DNA of 64,000 nucleotides, taken from the NCBI GenBank assembly GCA_051294375.1, contig CM119265.1, forward strand, positions 7,129,589-7,193,588. The letters run 5' to 3'. The first letter of the stretch is position 1. Every line of letters starts with the position of its first letter. The translations under genes and the position numbers were made by a program. The DNA is from Paraspadella gotoi (taxonomy: Eukaryota > Animalia > Chaetognatha). Below, in pieces: positions 1 to 12,600 of this stretch. The notes under the pieces are model-generated. The model was not told the origin of the DNA. It saw only the letters and a list, made by a program, of their open reading frames with translations, and did not search any database.

Positions 1-8
1 TCTTCTCT

Positions 9-68
<60 letters not shown>

Positions 69-78
69 TCTCTCTCTC
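1..78. repeat. (CT)n microsatellite, doubling as the polypyrimidine tract of the acceptor at 80-81
   Basis: Near-perfect TC run from the window start to ccag. Confidence 0.95.
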
Positions 79-81
79 CAG

Positions 82-322
82 CCACGCCCCGAAACGAAAC
101 GAAGATGATGGTGTTGATGACGATGGTTGAGTCGATGACGACGATGAAGACGATGATAATGACGTCGATCCAGTCGACGACGACGACGACGACGACGATG
201 TTGCAGACGATGATGTTGCATCCCAAAGACGACTCAGGGATCAAGAGTCGAGATTTATCTCAGAATCGACGAGTCCATTCATCGACGACCAGTTGATCCT
301 CAATTTGTATCCGAGTGAGTGA
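82..322 (+). CDS. Probable exon of an upstream gene, Asp-rich (partial, product unknown)
   Basis: Follows a (CT)n-cag acceptor. One frame reads [57 protein letters not shown]...LYPSE*, with TGA at 128-130 and 320-322. Possible donor gtgagt at 315. Frame is uncertain. Confidence 0.4.
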
Positions 323-1055
323 GATGGCTTGGATGTGTGCTGTGCGACCTTGACCAAAGTTTGCTTGTAATTTTTGAGTGCATGATGTTATCCTGCTTCG
401 GATTTCAATTCATATCTAAACTATTATACTAAAATGAATAAATATACATTCTGATAAAAACTAAAAAAAACTTAATTTAAGCTCTCATCTTCGGGCGAGG
501 GCGAATAATCTCCTGAGTCAGAAAAGTTTTGAGAAAAAAATAATTCAAAAGTTTTGGTAAATCTTTTAACTTCACACGTTTAAAATCAGAAGCGTCAGGA
601 GCGTCCTATTTTCAGTTCTTGGCAGAAACAGTCCGGAACGAGTCATAGTATACATAGATATTGATTTATATAAATTTAAAATATGTTTTTATTTAAAAAA
701 CTAGATGAAATTATAAAACTATGAACACTCAAAATTAATTTGAAGCATACAATTCTGTTTTAGATTAGTTTAAAAAACTTTTTCTAACAAAAAATAAAAT
801 AAAAAAAATCAACCATTAAATTTATTTAAAACTATAAATATAATTTTAATTTATTAAGAAATAAAAATTTTTGATAAAATAAATAAAAAATCTGTCGTTT
901 AAGTTCGGTACCGACTGTCCAAAAGGGATTCGTCTTGACAGTTTCTACATCTCAGCAATTGTTTTTTTTTACGGTGGGAATTCATCTAAATTTTACCCGA
1001 ATTGACAACAAAGACAAAAACAAAATACAAAATACACTATTTTTTCTGTGCTAAA

Positions 1056-1740
1056 ATGGCGTCTGGGACAAAAAGACAAGAAGCAGTTTTGGAAGAAATC
1101 AACAATGAATGGATTCATTGCGGGCGATTCGATTTTATTAAGGTTAAGATTTGTATAATGTATCTTATATATTGTATCTTGTATATTGTGTTGATTTTTA
1201 TAGTTTATGACAGAGCGCCTTTCTTTATATTTATTTGCTGGTTTCGACCTGTCAGTATCTTAATTTTATAAAGTTTAACAGAATAAGGTCGACTAAGAAA
1301 TAAGTAAAACGGCATAATATTAATAACATAATTTTTTTCGTCGTATTGTTTCGTAGGATTTGGGAGAGAGACTGGAGTCTTACAAGCTCCGATTCTTGGA
1401 GCAGGATCGTGACAGGAGCGGCGCCATCAACTTGATGGAGTTGAAACAGATGATGGAGCGGATGGGGCTCCCGAAAACTCATTTAGAGTTGAAGAAGATG
1501 ATGGGGGAGATCGATTGCTCTGCGGTCGGACTCATCACCTACGGGTAAGCTCTTCATTGTCTGACTCATCACCTACGGGTAAGCTCTTCAGTCTTCATTG
1601 TCTGAGAAAATTTTCTTCAATGTTTTCCATTTGGTCCATTTTCAAACAGGGACTTCTTAAAAATAATGTTGGGGCGCGCGGATTCCGTCCTCAGAATGAT
1701 TTTGATTTTCGAAGAACGCGAACAAAAGACGAACTTTTGA
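1056..1740 (+). CDS. AIF1: Allograft inflammatory factor 1 / Iba1-like EF-hand protein; exons 1056-1142, 1357-1544, 1650-1740
   Basis: GT-AG introns in phase. Reads MASGTKRQEAVLEEINNEW...FLEQDRDRSGAINLMELKQMMERMGLPKTHLELKKMMGEID...ITYGDFLKIMLGRADSVLRMILIFEE. KTHLELKK and the DFL.MMLG..S.LKMIL..EE pattern are AIF1 signatures. Confidence 0.92.
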
Positions 1741-2335
1741 AGGAAAACTTTAAAGAAAGATCACAACATTATGCCTCAATTTGAAGTTTTAAATATATAT
1801 TACAGAATATACAATATTTATAGTTTGATACATATATTTACGATACTTATGCGACGAATGTTGGTGTTTCTAAACTTATATATATAGTATTTCAATTGGA
1901 TTTGTATAAAAATCTTATAATTTGAAATTGAAATGTGTTATTCTTATTTTTTCATTTTTTACTGGATGAGCCGTCAAATAAATGAAAAAAATACAGTTGG
2001 TTACACTCCTCATTTGCGCATTCAAACTTATTTTTCTATTGATTATTTGATATTCAATGTGCCAGCATAATAAAAAGTCATTCCCAATTCGTGAATTGTG
2101 ATATCATTTAAATAATTTTCAGCCAGAGTGTTATCGCATGTATAAATCATAAAAATAAAAACAATCAAACAATAAAAACAATATAAAAACAAATATATAA
2201 ATATATATAAATAAATAAAATATAAAAACCAAGCCGGTGTCACAGGCTCTGGCAACAATATTCGCAAGTAATTCGGGCGTAACATTGCAGACTACAGACT
2301 ACAAGCGGAACGAAAGGCGCTTCATTCATCTTCAA

Positions 2336-2346
2336 CAGAGAGAGAA

Positions 2347-2427
<81 letters not shown>
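2336..2427. repeat. (AG)n microsatellite heading a ~700 bp purine-rich tract
   Basis: GA dinucleotide run; strong purine skew continues to ~3040. Confidence 0.9.
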
Positions 2428-3674
2428 CAAATAAAAAGAAGTGAATTGGAAAGTTGTCCTCGACCAGGGATCTAATTTGGAGATGGCCGCAGCGGCGGGC
2501 GGGAGAGCAGGGAGTAAGGCGGGGTGGAAAAGGGTATGGAAAGAAAACAAAAGAAAAAAAGAGATTAAAAAGAGGAAGGGGAGAAAGAAAACATGAGGAA
2601 CAAACTCATTTAACAGGGGAGAGGGGAAAGGGGAGAAAATGAAAAAGAAACTATGAAAGTGAGTTCTCTTTTAAAAAAAATTAAAAAGGGAAGAGAATAA
2701 TAAGGACATTGAAAAAAGGAAGGGATAAAGAGGGAAAGGATAGAAAGGACAAAGTGGGATGACGAGAAGTTAAAAAAACCAGAGGGAAGTTAACAGAAGA
2801 GAATATAGACTTGGAGAAGAAGAGAAGGGTGTGGAAAAAAAAACGTGGAAGATGTGACATAAGATTAAGAGGAAACAGATGTCGACAAGAAAAAAATGAT
2901 GAAAAAACATGGGAAGGGAAGAGCGCGTCGAAATAAGGAAGAGCCAAGATGGACGGGGTGAAAAAGCAAATTAAAGCCAAGACGGGGGCGTCGGAAGGTG
3001 AAGGAAAAAGAAGGAAACGAAGGAGAGGGAAAAAAAGAAGATAGTTTTTATCGGGGACTCGTAGTAATTTGTTGCCGCAATCGGTGGAATCGGTTTCACT
3101 GCCAAGAACCTTCCGAGTCCAACACGAGGTTTTCCAATTACAGTCTACAGATACGGCGATGTCGATTTTTAACGCTTTCCGTATCCCGAATGAATATGGT
3201 TACGATGTTTACATTTTATAACGGTTTTGAAGGCAAATTTAACTTATTCTATTCTAAAATAAAGCAACAAAAGTTTGAAATTGTATTTTTATGAAATATT
3301 TTGTATCATTTGAGGTACAGAATAATATAAAAAAAATTTCTCCAAATTAACTTTTTTTAAATTTTTACAATTTTTGTTCAATTTCCAACAAATAATAATT
3401 CATTTTCTTTCATAAACTTGGCTTAACCAAGATAATATTAATAATTATTTATTCATTCGATAAACAGGCTATCTTGCCACTGACTGTCATTTGAATAACT
3501 TAGGCGATGTTCTTTTTATGATAAGAGAAAGCCCTCTTGAGACAACCAGAGACAAAAAGCACATTATTCTTAAATTATAATCATAAAATTAGGTTTGAAT
3601 TATTAAAACAGTTTTACCCAAATTTCAAGATAATATTTGTTCTTGTCTATATGTTAGAACCAACTCTAGTCCCT

Positions 3675-3694
3675 AGAATGTTCTAGAATGTTCG
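3675..3694 (+). promoter_or_regulatory. Heat-shock element (four alternating nGAAn units), with TATA-like box at ~3746
   Basis: aGAAtgTTCtaGAAtgTTCg is a perfect 4-unit HSF site, ~50 bp upstream of TATAAG and ~200 bp upstream of the sHSP ATG. Confidence 0.9.
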
Positions 3695-3887
3695 AGTTTG
3701 CGCGTCTCGAGCTTTCACGTAAGTTGCGTCATCCCACATTGCAAATATAAGAGAAGGACATCAGGAGTTCTTCATTATTCGACGACCTGCGTACTTATTT
3801 TCATTTTCGAACATTACCAAAAAATTTAAAGATTTGGATTCAAATTTTTATATATTTTCAACATTCTTTACGAAAATTATTATCAAT

Positions 3888-4973
3888 ATGTCACTTCAGG
3901 TACGTTTTTATGATTTCATTGGCCGTTTCACCGACGTAACTCTCAACTCTCAACAAGTCCGAAATATAAGTTTACTAAATTTGATTGTGTCTGACAGATT
4001 GGATCCCGCTTCTATCGCCCCTACATCGTGCGACTCGCGCAACGCGGCGTCTCTCCCGGGGCGCCCTCGCGCGTCGCTACGAGAATTTCGGCTCGCAATT
4101 TCGGGCTCTATCGATTGGAGTCGCCATTCCGGCGATCACGAGACGTTTTCGACATGATGGAAAAAGAAATGAGGTAATTTTCCGGTTGGAAAGAGTTCAT
4201 TGCGTCTATTTTCGGGGTCAACGCCAGTCAACGGCTTAACTTACGCGCTTTCTAAGCACGTTTCAGTGCTCACTTGTTTGTTCATACATTGAGTCGGGGT
4301 TTTTATATCAGGAAATTTGAGCGACAAATGGAAAGATTTCGTGGCGTGGGTTTTTCGAGGGCGGGGTTGCCGGAAGCGGAGGCGTTACCGGAGGAACACG
4401 TGACCAGCGCCGCCGACGGGACGAAGTCGCTCAAACTCGAATTCCAGATGAAGGATTATCGACCCGAAGAGATTGAACTCAGATTCGACAGGTCTGTAAA
4501 CATCTGTAAACATCTGTAAAACATCTATTTATTTCTAGTTAATTAATTTTAACTTCCAAGACATCGTTTCGGACTTTTATTTTTTCAATAAATAATTGTC
4601 GGTGTCTCTAACACAAAAAAACCTTTCATTTTATCCCTTATTTGCAAGATAAACTTCGTTTTTGGTCGGGATGAAATGAAATAAAATTAGTGTTTAATTT
4701 ATAAAATAAATAAAAAATAAATACTTAGGGATTAAAACGATAATTTTAATACTAAGGCGCGACAAGACCCTCGAGATCCACGCGTCCCACGAATCAGCCG
4801 TCGACGGTCACAGCGTCTCGCGTCGCTTTGTCAAAGTTTTTCGTCTTCCACCGGAAGTTGACGTTGACGCCATGAAGTCGTCGCTCAAGGACGGCGCCTT
4901 GAAGATCGAAGCGCCTCTGACGGAGAGAAAAGTCAATAACGTGATCGACATTCCAATTGAGAAATCGGAATAA
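3888..4973 (+). CDS. Small heat-shock protein (HSP20/alpha-crystallin domain); exons 3888-3899, 3998-4173, 4312-4491, 4757-4973
   Basis: Phases consistent. Alpha-crystallin domain LKLEFQMKDYRPEEIELR...LEIHASHE...VSRRFVKVFRLPPEVDVDAMKSSLKDGALKIEAP, C-terminal IxI motif (IDIPI), upstream HSE. Confidence 0.92.
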
Positions 4974-7351
4974 GGACGAACGTACTTTTTATGGCCAGCC
5001 AACCAACCAACCAGAAGACTGACTGCATTTTTTGAGTGGAGACTGTAGTCTACTGTGTAATTTGTATCTACATAGACCGTGTTTTTGGCGCAATTATTAT
5101 TTCTATTATTTATTTTTTTGGTTCTATTTAAAGATGTTGAATAAATAATATAATTAATACTTTACTCTATAAACAGTATACAGTTTACATTATACCATAA
5201 TTACAGTGATCAACTTTATAAACTTAAAAATGCCATAATTTTAGTTAGTTTTCGGGAAACTCAAGTCGTCACGGGATGAAACCTTGGGATCGTATTTGTT
5301 TGTTTTGGGGGGAGTGGGGAATAAACAGCGAAGATAGTGAATTTCGGTTTCCCAGGCAACGGCAACAATGGTCTATGTTTGGGGCGGAGAATATCAAGGA
5401 ACGGCGATTCTTCTGTGTCCCAAACGGGCTCGCTATTTCTCGAGGAAAAAAAATATAAAAAAAAGTTCTGAAGATGATACGCGTCAACAAACCGTCCTAT
5501 ACCGAGTGACTATATTTAGAAGGACGAGAAACTCGTAATGATAACTATTTTCTGATTTAAGGATATACCTTGAGAACTACGAAGTTGGAAAGAATTGAAC
5601 TCATGACTTTACGGGAAATGAATGAAAAGATCTATTGGCCAATAGCAATAGTAAGAATAACAACATTTGTACATTGTACAGAGATACAAAAATAAATATT
5701 TCGAGATATCTGTTTACGTCATAATCATTTTGAGAGGCTAGCACGTCACGCTTTATGTCATAGTTATTAGAAATTACTACAGGGTAGGGATTCCAAAATT
5801 AGTTTCTCTGGGCCAGTTTTCAGCTTAAAACCATTTCTAAAAAATATATCTTAATATTCCCTCTCATTTTGTTATATAATAATTATATATATCATATACT
5901 ATTAGAATTAGGAATTATTACAGCTATTTATAAGGATGCTGCAGCTTACAATTGTAGCAGACCCCAAAAACAATATTTTGCAAAAGAAAATTACAAACGG
6001 TTGGGCCGTGACTTTCATGAATTACAAGATTTTCAAAACCAAATTATTACTCGCCTAACAAATACAGATTGTAGAATGTAGATTCATTATTTGAAGTGTA
6101 TTTGATACATAAAGGATTTAATTCGATCACTTATTCATTAATGAATGAAGCTGCGACTAACTACAGCGATTTTGGATTCCGATAACCGATCGCCCCATAT
6201 CCACGCCCACTTGGGGCCCTTCAGTCGACCCCTTTTCTCTCCCGCAAGGCCGGAGCCGGCCATGTCTCCGCGTCGGGGCGTGACGAAAGCATAGAAGCCC
6301 CCAAGGCGTTGGCGCCGTCGCCCCACTCAATCCTGTGTTTTCACGCCCTCTGACGTTTCGGTCCGTTGATTGGGACGAGGGATAGAGATAGTGTGAGAGA
6401 TGGGAGAAAAGAGGGAAAGAGAAAGAGGGAGACAGAGAGAGGGAGATATTTGAAAACTTTTTCTTTTCAAAGTATTTTAAAATCGCTTTGACTAAGTTTA
6501 GAAGAAAAATTAAGTAAAGTTTTGTTTTTAAAAGTAAAAAAAATAAATTATCACATACTTGATTATAAGCGAAAAATTAGAAAAAGAGATATTAGGGATA
6601 TGAGGCGAATCTAGCCATTGCCAGCCTAGCTCAATACAATATTTATTTTTTCTTTCAATTTAAGTATGAATCTGCTTCCGTCCATATGGGAACGCCTTTT
6701 GGGTGAAAACTCGCGAGTGAAATATGGTTGTTAACTTTCACTTCCGGGTACCAACTTTCTTTTAGTAAAAGAAGTTTTACTGATTAAAAATTTTTTTCGC
6801 CAACACAGAGAACAATTACTAAGCTTATTCAATAGTCAAAGAACCTTTAATCGAATAAAATATTGGTTGTACCAATTTCATAAATATAGGAAATTGTAAA
6901 TACTTATTGACTATTTATAAAATTTATACAGAGACATTTAAAAAATAAAAAAATCCCAATGTTGAATGATCAGCATGAAAAATAGGGGGGGTCGTTTTTA
7001 AATGGCGATATAGCACGAACTTCACTGATTCGCGAGCGTTTTCCCAGAATAATGAATGCATATGGGAAACCTAGCACCATAACCGGTTACAAACTTTGTA
7101 TATTCCTATTCTTTTAAAACAGTTAAATAATTATACGAAAAAATGAATTTTACCGGTAGGTGCATTGTTGATTACATCAAAAAGCTCGGCGAAACCACCC
7201 ATCCTGGAACAAGGCTTTAAACTATTTTCGCTTTCGCTCTCGTTGATAAAAATGCTTGGATCTAGCGATCGAACATAGTTTATCCGCATACCGAGAAAAT
7301 TTCATGGTATCGCGCTGGCCAAAAAAAGTTTAATTTGTTTTTATTGCCACG

Positions 7352-8550
7352 ATGGATAGAGCAATAAATTTCGTCAAAACGATTAAGGTCAGAATATTTG
7401 GAGAAAGACCGTATCGCTTGAGGTAAGTAACAGTTTTTTATAAAGTCTTTTCAAGACTTTATTGTATAAATATTACATTCTCAATTTACGTACCCACGTC
7501 CACGATAGCGACGGTTTGGGCTTGAGCGATCATAGCCTCAGAAATAGGAATTCCAACAAGCCCGTGAGACGAAGTTTTCTCGGATGGAACTGGGGTAGGA
7601 ACCGAAACCAAAATGCGGAAGGGGAGGAAGAAGAAGGGGAGGAAGTAGAAGAGGAAGAAGAGGAGTACAAGGTAAAACAGTCAGCTAAAATTTCGACTTT
7701 TTAATCAACTAATTTCAAGCCAAGATATTTTTTATTTTTATAAACAGGGAGGAGTTAATATGACGATACTGGTGACGTCGGTGTTCATTGTCACAGCGTT
7801 GTTTACCGGGTTCGCCGTTTACATGATGATGCAGGTTGACGAGAAGGCGGCACGAGTGGAACAGAAAGCCGGAATGCAAGGAATAGGTACATAGTCGGTA
7901 TTTCGGTTAGACGTGTTAGTTTACGAAGAGAAATTTATTGTAAATGATTTTTGTTTTGGCTTATGTCAAATAGACAAAACGACCGAAAAAGTTTCGAAAC
8001 CCACAAGCGCGACGACAACGGGACCTTTGGCTCCGACAATGGCGGGAAGAGGGAACGAAACGTTCACTCAATCGAGCGCTGCCTCCGGTGGTGGCGGTAG
8101 CGCCCCGGCAAGCGCCAGCAAGGCCAGCAAGTCCTCTAAGTCGAGCCGGCAACATGATATTGCTGACGAAGCGTTACTCAACAAGCTTAACGAGAGAAAT
8201 AGATATAGTCTGCTCAATGTCGCATCGGTGATTAACAAACTAGAGTTATTGAGAATCACATTTCAACAACTTCAAGCGAATGAGTTTTCTTTACCGTGTC
8301 CCTTCCCACCCCTCCGATTCCTTTTTCTTGAAAGATTGTGAAAAAAATGACCAGAGCCAAAGAAGCACTGAAAGCATTGGGAGAGGCAACTTTCGATCGT
8401 GGTCAGGTAAAAGCAAAAAATAAATGCGTTAATTACATAAAGAATGCTGAGAGCTCTATTAATTCAAAAACACGATTTTTTTTAAAACATTAGGCGAAGG
8501 GAGCCAAGGAAGCTTTCGAGCATCATGGTTTTCGTGTAGTCGACGATTGA
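7352..8550 (+). CDS. Unknown single-pass (type II-like) membrane protein; exons 7352-7422, 7509-7671, 7748-7886, 7974-~8276, 8335-8406, 8494-8550
   Basis: First four exons join in phase via GT-AG. Features: acidic tract, hydrophobic segment ILVTSVFIVTALFTGFAVYMMM, S/T/G-rich stalk, heptad-like C-terminal part. The exon 4-5 junction is uncertain (needs a GC donor, otherwise the ORF stops at 8341). Confidence 0.6.
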
Positions 8551-9656
8551 ATTCAACGAATAAGTGGATAATTGATTCCATTTGAATGTTATAATTTGTT
8601 CGTCTTATAAATATTATTTTGGTTGAAATATAGAGTGAAAGAAAGAGGAAGTTTCCATACTTGCATTAGCAGAATAGAATCTATGTATATTGAGTATTAG
8701 GGCGGAGCAAGGGAAAAAACTAATAGTTCGGTAATATAAATATCACTGAGAGAACGAATTTAAAAAAAATTTTACTTTGGCTGACGGGGTTTTAGGGTCT
8801 TTTGAAAAACCATTTAAAAATACTTATTTAAAAAAAAATTGAAAATTATTACCTCACAGTTTGACAGTTTTGGAGTACTAAGCTTTAACAAGTCAAAAAT
8901 TAAGAAGAGGGAGAGAAAGAAAGAGGGAGAGAAAGATACAGAGAGAGTAAGGGAGAGAGTGAATCGGTGAGATAAAGCTTCAAACAAAGGGTTGAGGGAA
9001 AGGCAACAATTGGAGGGTGAGATTTAGGTCAGATTGAAATACAAGATGGGAAAGAAAATGAAAGGTCAAAGGAGAAATTATTAATGCAGAGGTAATAAAT
9101 TAAATTCAAATTAGACTTTACATTGGAATAATGCATAACCAATAATAATGTAAGGTAAACTAAAATAAAAATTATAACAACAACAACATTTGAAATTAGT
9201 TTTAATAGTTTTGTGAATAGTGAAAGGAAAAATGAAATTTGTGATTGAAAAGAGAAAGGTAAAGAAAGAAGCTCAAAATGAGCCACAGCCCTCCGCTTTA
9301 TTGGCCATCAGATGAGGGTCAGTGGCAGATTAGGGCTGGTCATTGGCTTGTAACCGGGTAGTGTGAGGGATAAAAAACAGTCATTAGGAAAAATTTGATT
9401 AACTATTTTTGTGTAGACCAAAGGTCAGGAAACCTATCCCTTGACATCTCAATCTCATTCTTCTGCACTCAGTGCCGATTAAATCGATGTAAAAAGGAAC
9501 CGTGTATAGCTTTCAAATCGTTAATTTAAAAAAAAAAAAAAAAAAAAACTACGTTGAAATAGCAAAAAAAATTTATTTCAAAAACATATAAAATGTCATT
9601 GAATGAGAAATATATAATTCAAATTTCAATATCACAGTTGCACGATTCCATTTCGC

Positions 9657-12600
9657 TCAAGAGAGCAATTTTAGCAGCTCCTCAGATTTCTTCTGTAATT
9701 CAACGTTATTGTCCAATTTCATGGCCGTCAACGGTTGAACGGCCTGGTCGAGAACCTCTCTCGCCATGATCAGTCCGGAGGGTGATTTTAAGATCGTCTC
9801 TAAAATCTCAACAGAAACCTTCCGCAGCATCACGTACTTTTCGTTTGCAATGTTCTGCAAGGCGGCCTTAATCATGGGCTCGACGACTGCGTTGAGCTCG
9901 TCAGGGCGCACGCACTCCACTGATTCTTTTAATTGCCAATGCTTTTCCGCCACCATTGACAATCCTTTAAGCGCCGACAATCGAATCTTCCACGAGTGTA
10001 AGTTCGAGGAACGAAGCACAAGCGTCGCGATGGTGTCACGACCCACTTCCTCTTTCTGCGACGGCTTGGAAGCAGGAAAGGCCCTCCCAAGGGACTCCAG
10101 TGCCGACTCCTCAAATTCGAGCCGCGGGGAAGAGTTTCTGTTACCGTCGTGCTCCATCACGTCGTCGTCGCCGTCGTCACCCATTTTTTTGAGTCGAGTA
10201 ATGACGATTTCGCCCAAGTCGGAAAATTTTTCGTATTCGCCCCAAGCCTCGATGACGCGAGAGGCGCAATCCACGGCAACTCTTTTATAGATCAAATTCT
10301 CTTTTCTGGCCTCGCGAAGAAGTGTGGAAAGCAAGGACGGCCGCATAGTTAAAAGCGGATCGTTCAAGTCATCGCCGTCGATTTCCATATCGATTTCCCC
10401 ACGACAGAAAAATCTCTGCAAAGTGAAAAAGTTTTCATGATCGACTACGAATGTACTATGTACTAATTCGAAACTCAGCTAAAAAGCTATACCTTGTATT
10501 GACAACAGAGCTGCTGGGTGGCTTCGAGCAGTGCCTCCTTTCCTTCCCAGGTTCGCCCACCCAGTCCCTCTATGGCAACGGCTTCGAGCAAACTCTTCAG
10601 GATTTTCGGGTCCATCTTATCGTGAGGCAAACGTTGAGCGAGGGTCGACGCAGCGCGACCCGCTTGAGCCCTTATGCCCCAAGACTGAAAAGACAGCGTC
10701 GACGTTATCATCTGAACGATTTCCTGTGGAGAAGGTGAAAAAAATTCCACACTAAGCAAATCCGTCACAGGGCAAGAATCATTTATGTCATACCTTGAGA
10801 TAAAGATGAATTCCCGATTCCATCCCAGGTGTCACTTCCGTCCATATTTCCAGCCATCCGGCGGAGGCGGTGCCGTCGTTCATGTTTTCGTCGTCGTGCT
10901 CGTGCATAGCGACGAAAGCGAGTGGCATCGCGTGTTTGGCGTGCTCCTTCAATCGGTCCGGCGCATGTTTCGAGATGGCACTCATCGCCGATTCGCAGGC
11001 TCGTCGAAGGTCGCGCTCTTCATGCGGCTTCTCCAGATACCAAACCTTGAGCTTGTCCAGCGCTTTGTCAAGGGTTTTGGCAGAAGCGACTTTCGCCAAA
11101 TGTCCGATGGCCTAGGTAAGTGGGAAGAAATATTATTGCTAGAGTAGTGAGGACTATTGATATTGAAGTTCCTTGAAATGTCTTGTAATGGCGTCATAAT
11201 AACCAAAATTTCGATAGATTAATCATACAGGAAGAATGGAAGATGAAAGAAAAAATGGAAAACGTCATAGACTTAGTAAAGTATACAAAACGCGGACCAC
11301 GGCCCGGTCTGATAGACTAACCGTTGAAAAGGTTCTTCTGACTCCGGACTGCCTGTCGGAAAGACCGCCGAGCAGCGCGGACATCAACTTGGGCGCGTGA
11401 GGCTCCACGACAGCGGCCCTTTGAAAAACGAAGGCGATGACGAGCTCGGCGGCGGCGGCTTTGGTCGCCATTCCAGTTCCAGACTTCAAGACCTCGACAA
11501 GGGACGGCGCTAGCGACACCATCACTTCGTCGTCGACAAATTGGATGCAGAACTTGAGCGTCTCCATGAGCGGAGATGAGTTGGATGCAGAGATTCGTGC
11601 GTCGTCGAGTTTCTCTTGAACGTCGAGGCGATCGGTTCCAGCCAAACGGAGGCTCAAATAATTTAAGGACGAAGACTCGAGGCCGCTGACGGCCTCCAGC
11701 AGCGCCGGCATAAGACGCGCCAAGTGAGGCCTCAGCAAGGGACCTGTCTGTCGGGACAATTTCTGCAAGGTGTCCAGGACGAGGCTGCGGATCTCAGATT
11801 CTTTACTAGAGTAAAGACCGTCCTCTAACAATATAGGGAGCGTAACGGCGATGGCCTTGGAACCGAGTTTTCCGTTGTTCGTGTCGCAGGCGAGGATTGT
11901 GACGTGAACCGTCATTCTTGAAAAATAAATTAAGGTAAACGTTCACATAATAGAAGCAGGAACAATGAAAATGACTTACTTGGCTGTCCCCTTGGCCGCC
12001 TTTCGCACAGTCTCCTTAACGTCGTCCAACCTCGACAATACCGCCTTCCATATCTTTCCCAGACTCTCCGCCACAATGGGATTGAGAGCCCTTCCCCTCA
12101 AGACCTCGGTGAGAGCCGTGCAACACGACTCCCGCACTACCGATCCGCGGTTCTCGATCTCACGTAAAAGTTCCTCGAGCACGCCTTCAAGATGGGCATC
12201 CACCACTGCGTTGCTGTCGGTCGGTACCAACGCCTGCCAAATGGAAGACATGGCGGTCTGGATCTTGACGTCGGGATCGTGCAGGTAGCGAAACAGCTTG
12301 GGCACCATCGTGGACATGTGCGGAGTCAGCTGACGGCTGGCCTCGGCTGCGATCTCTGCGTGCCGGCGGCCACCGGTCAAGGAGGCGGCGACTCCTGGCG
12401 TCTTTAGGCTCGAGTTTTTGTGTGCGAGGTAGATGAGCTTGTAGACGAGATCGGGCTGCTTGAGTTCGATCGCGATAGCCGCCAATTCGCGGTAGGCTGA
12501 AGCTTTGGATCCAACTCCAAAGAATGCCGTCGATTTGGCTTTGGAAGAGGATTTTGAGATTTCCGAGCCGGAGTCGGAGCTTTTAGATTCCTCGCTACCT

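Noticed and set aside
2332-3294. ORFs rich in SL, RE or F/K over the purine tract
   Set aside because: Products of (AG)n and purine skew; no domain or coherent splice structure.
4493-4526. (tctgtaaaca)x3 after the sHSP exon 3 donor
   Set aside because: Simple local slippage; resembles forkhead sites but there is no supporting evidence.
5230-5460. snRNA or telomerase RNA candidate
   Set aside because: No recognisable Sm site with snRNA motifs and no CTAACCCT-type template.
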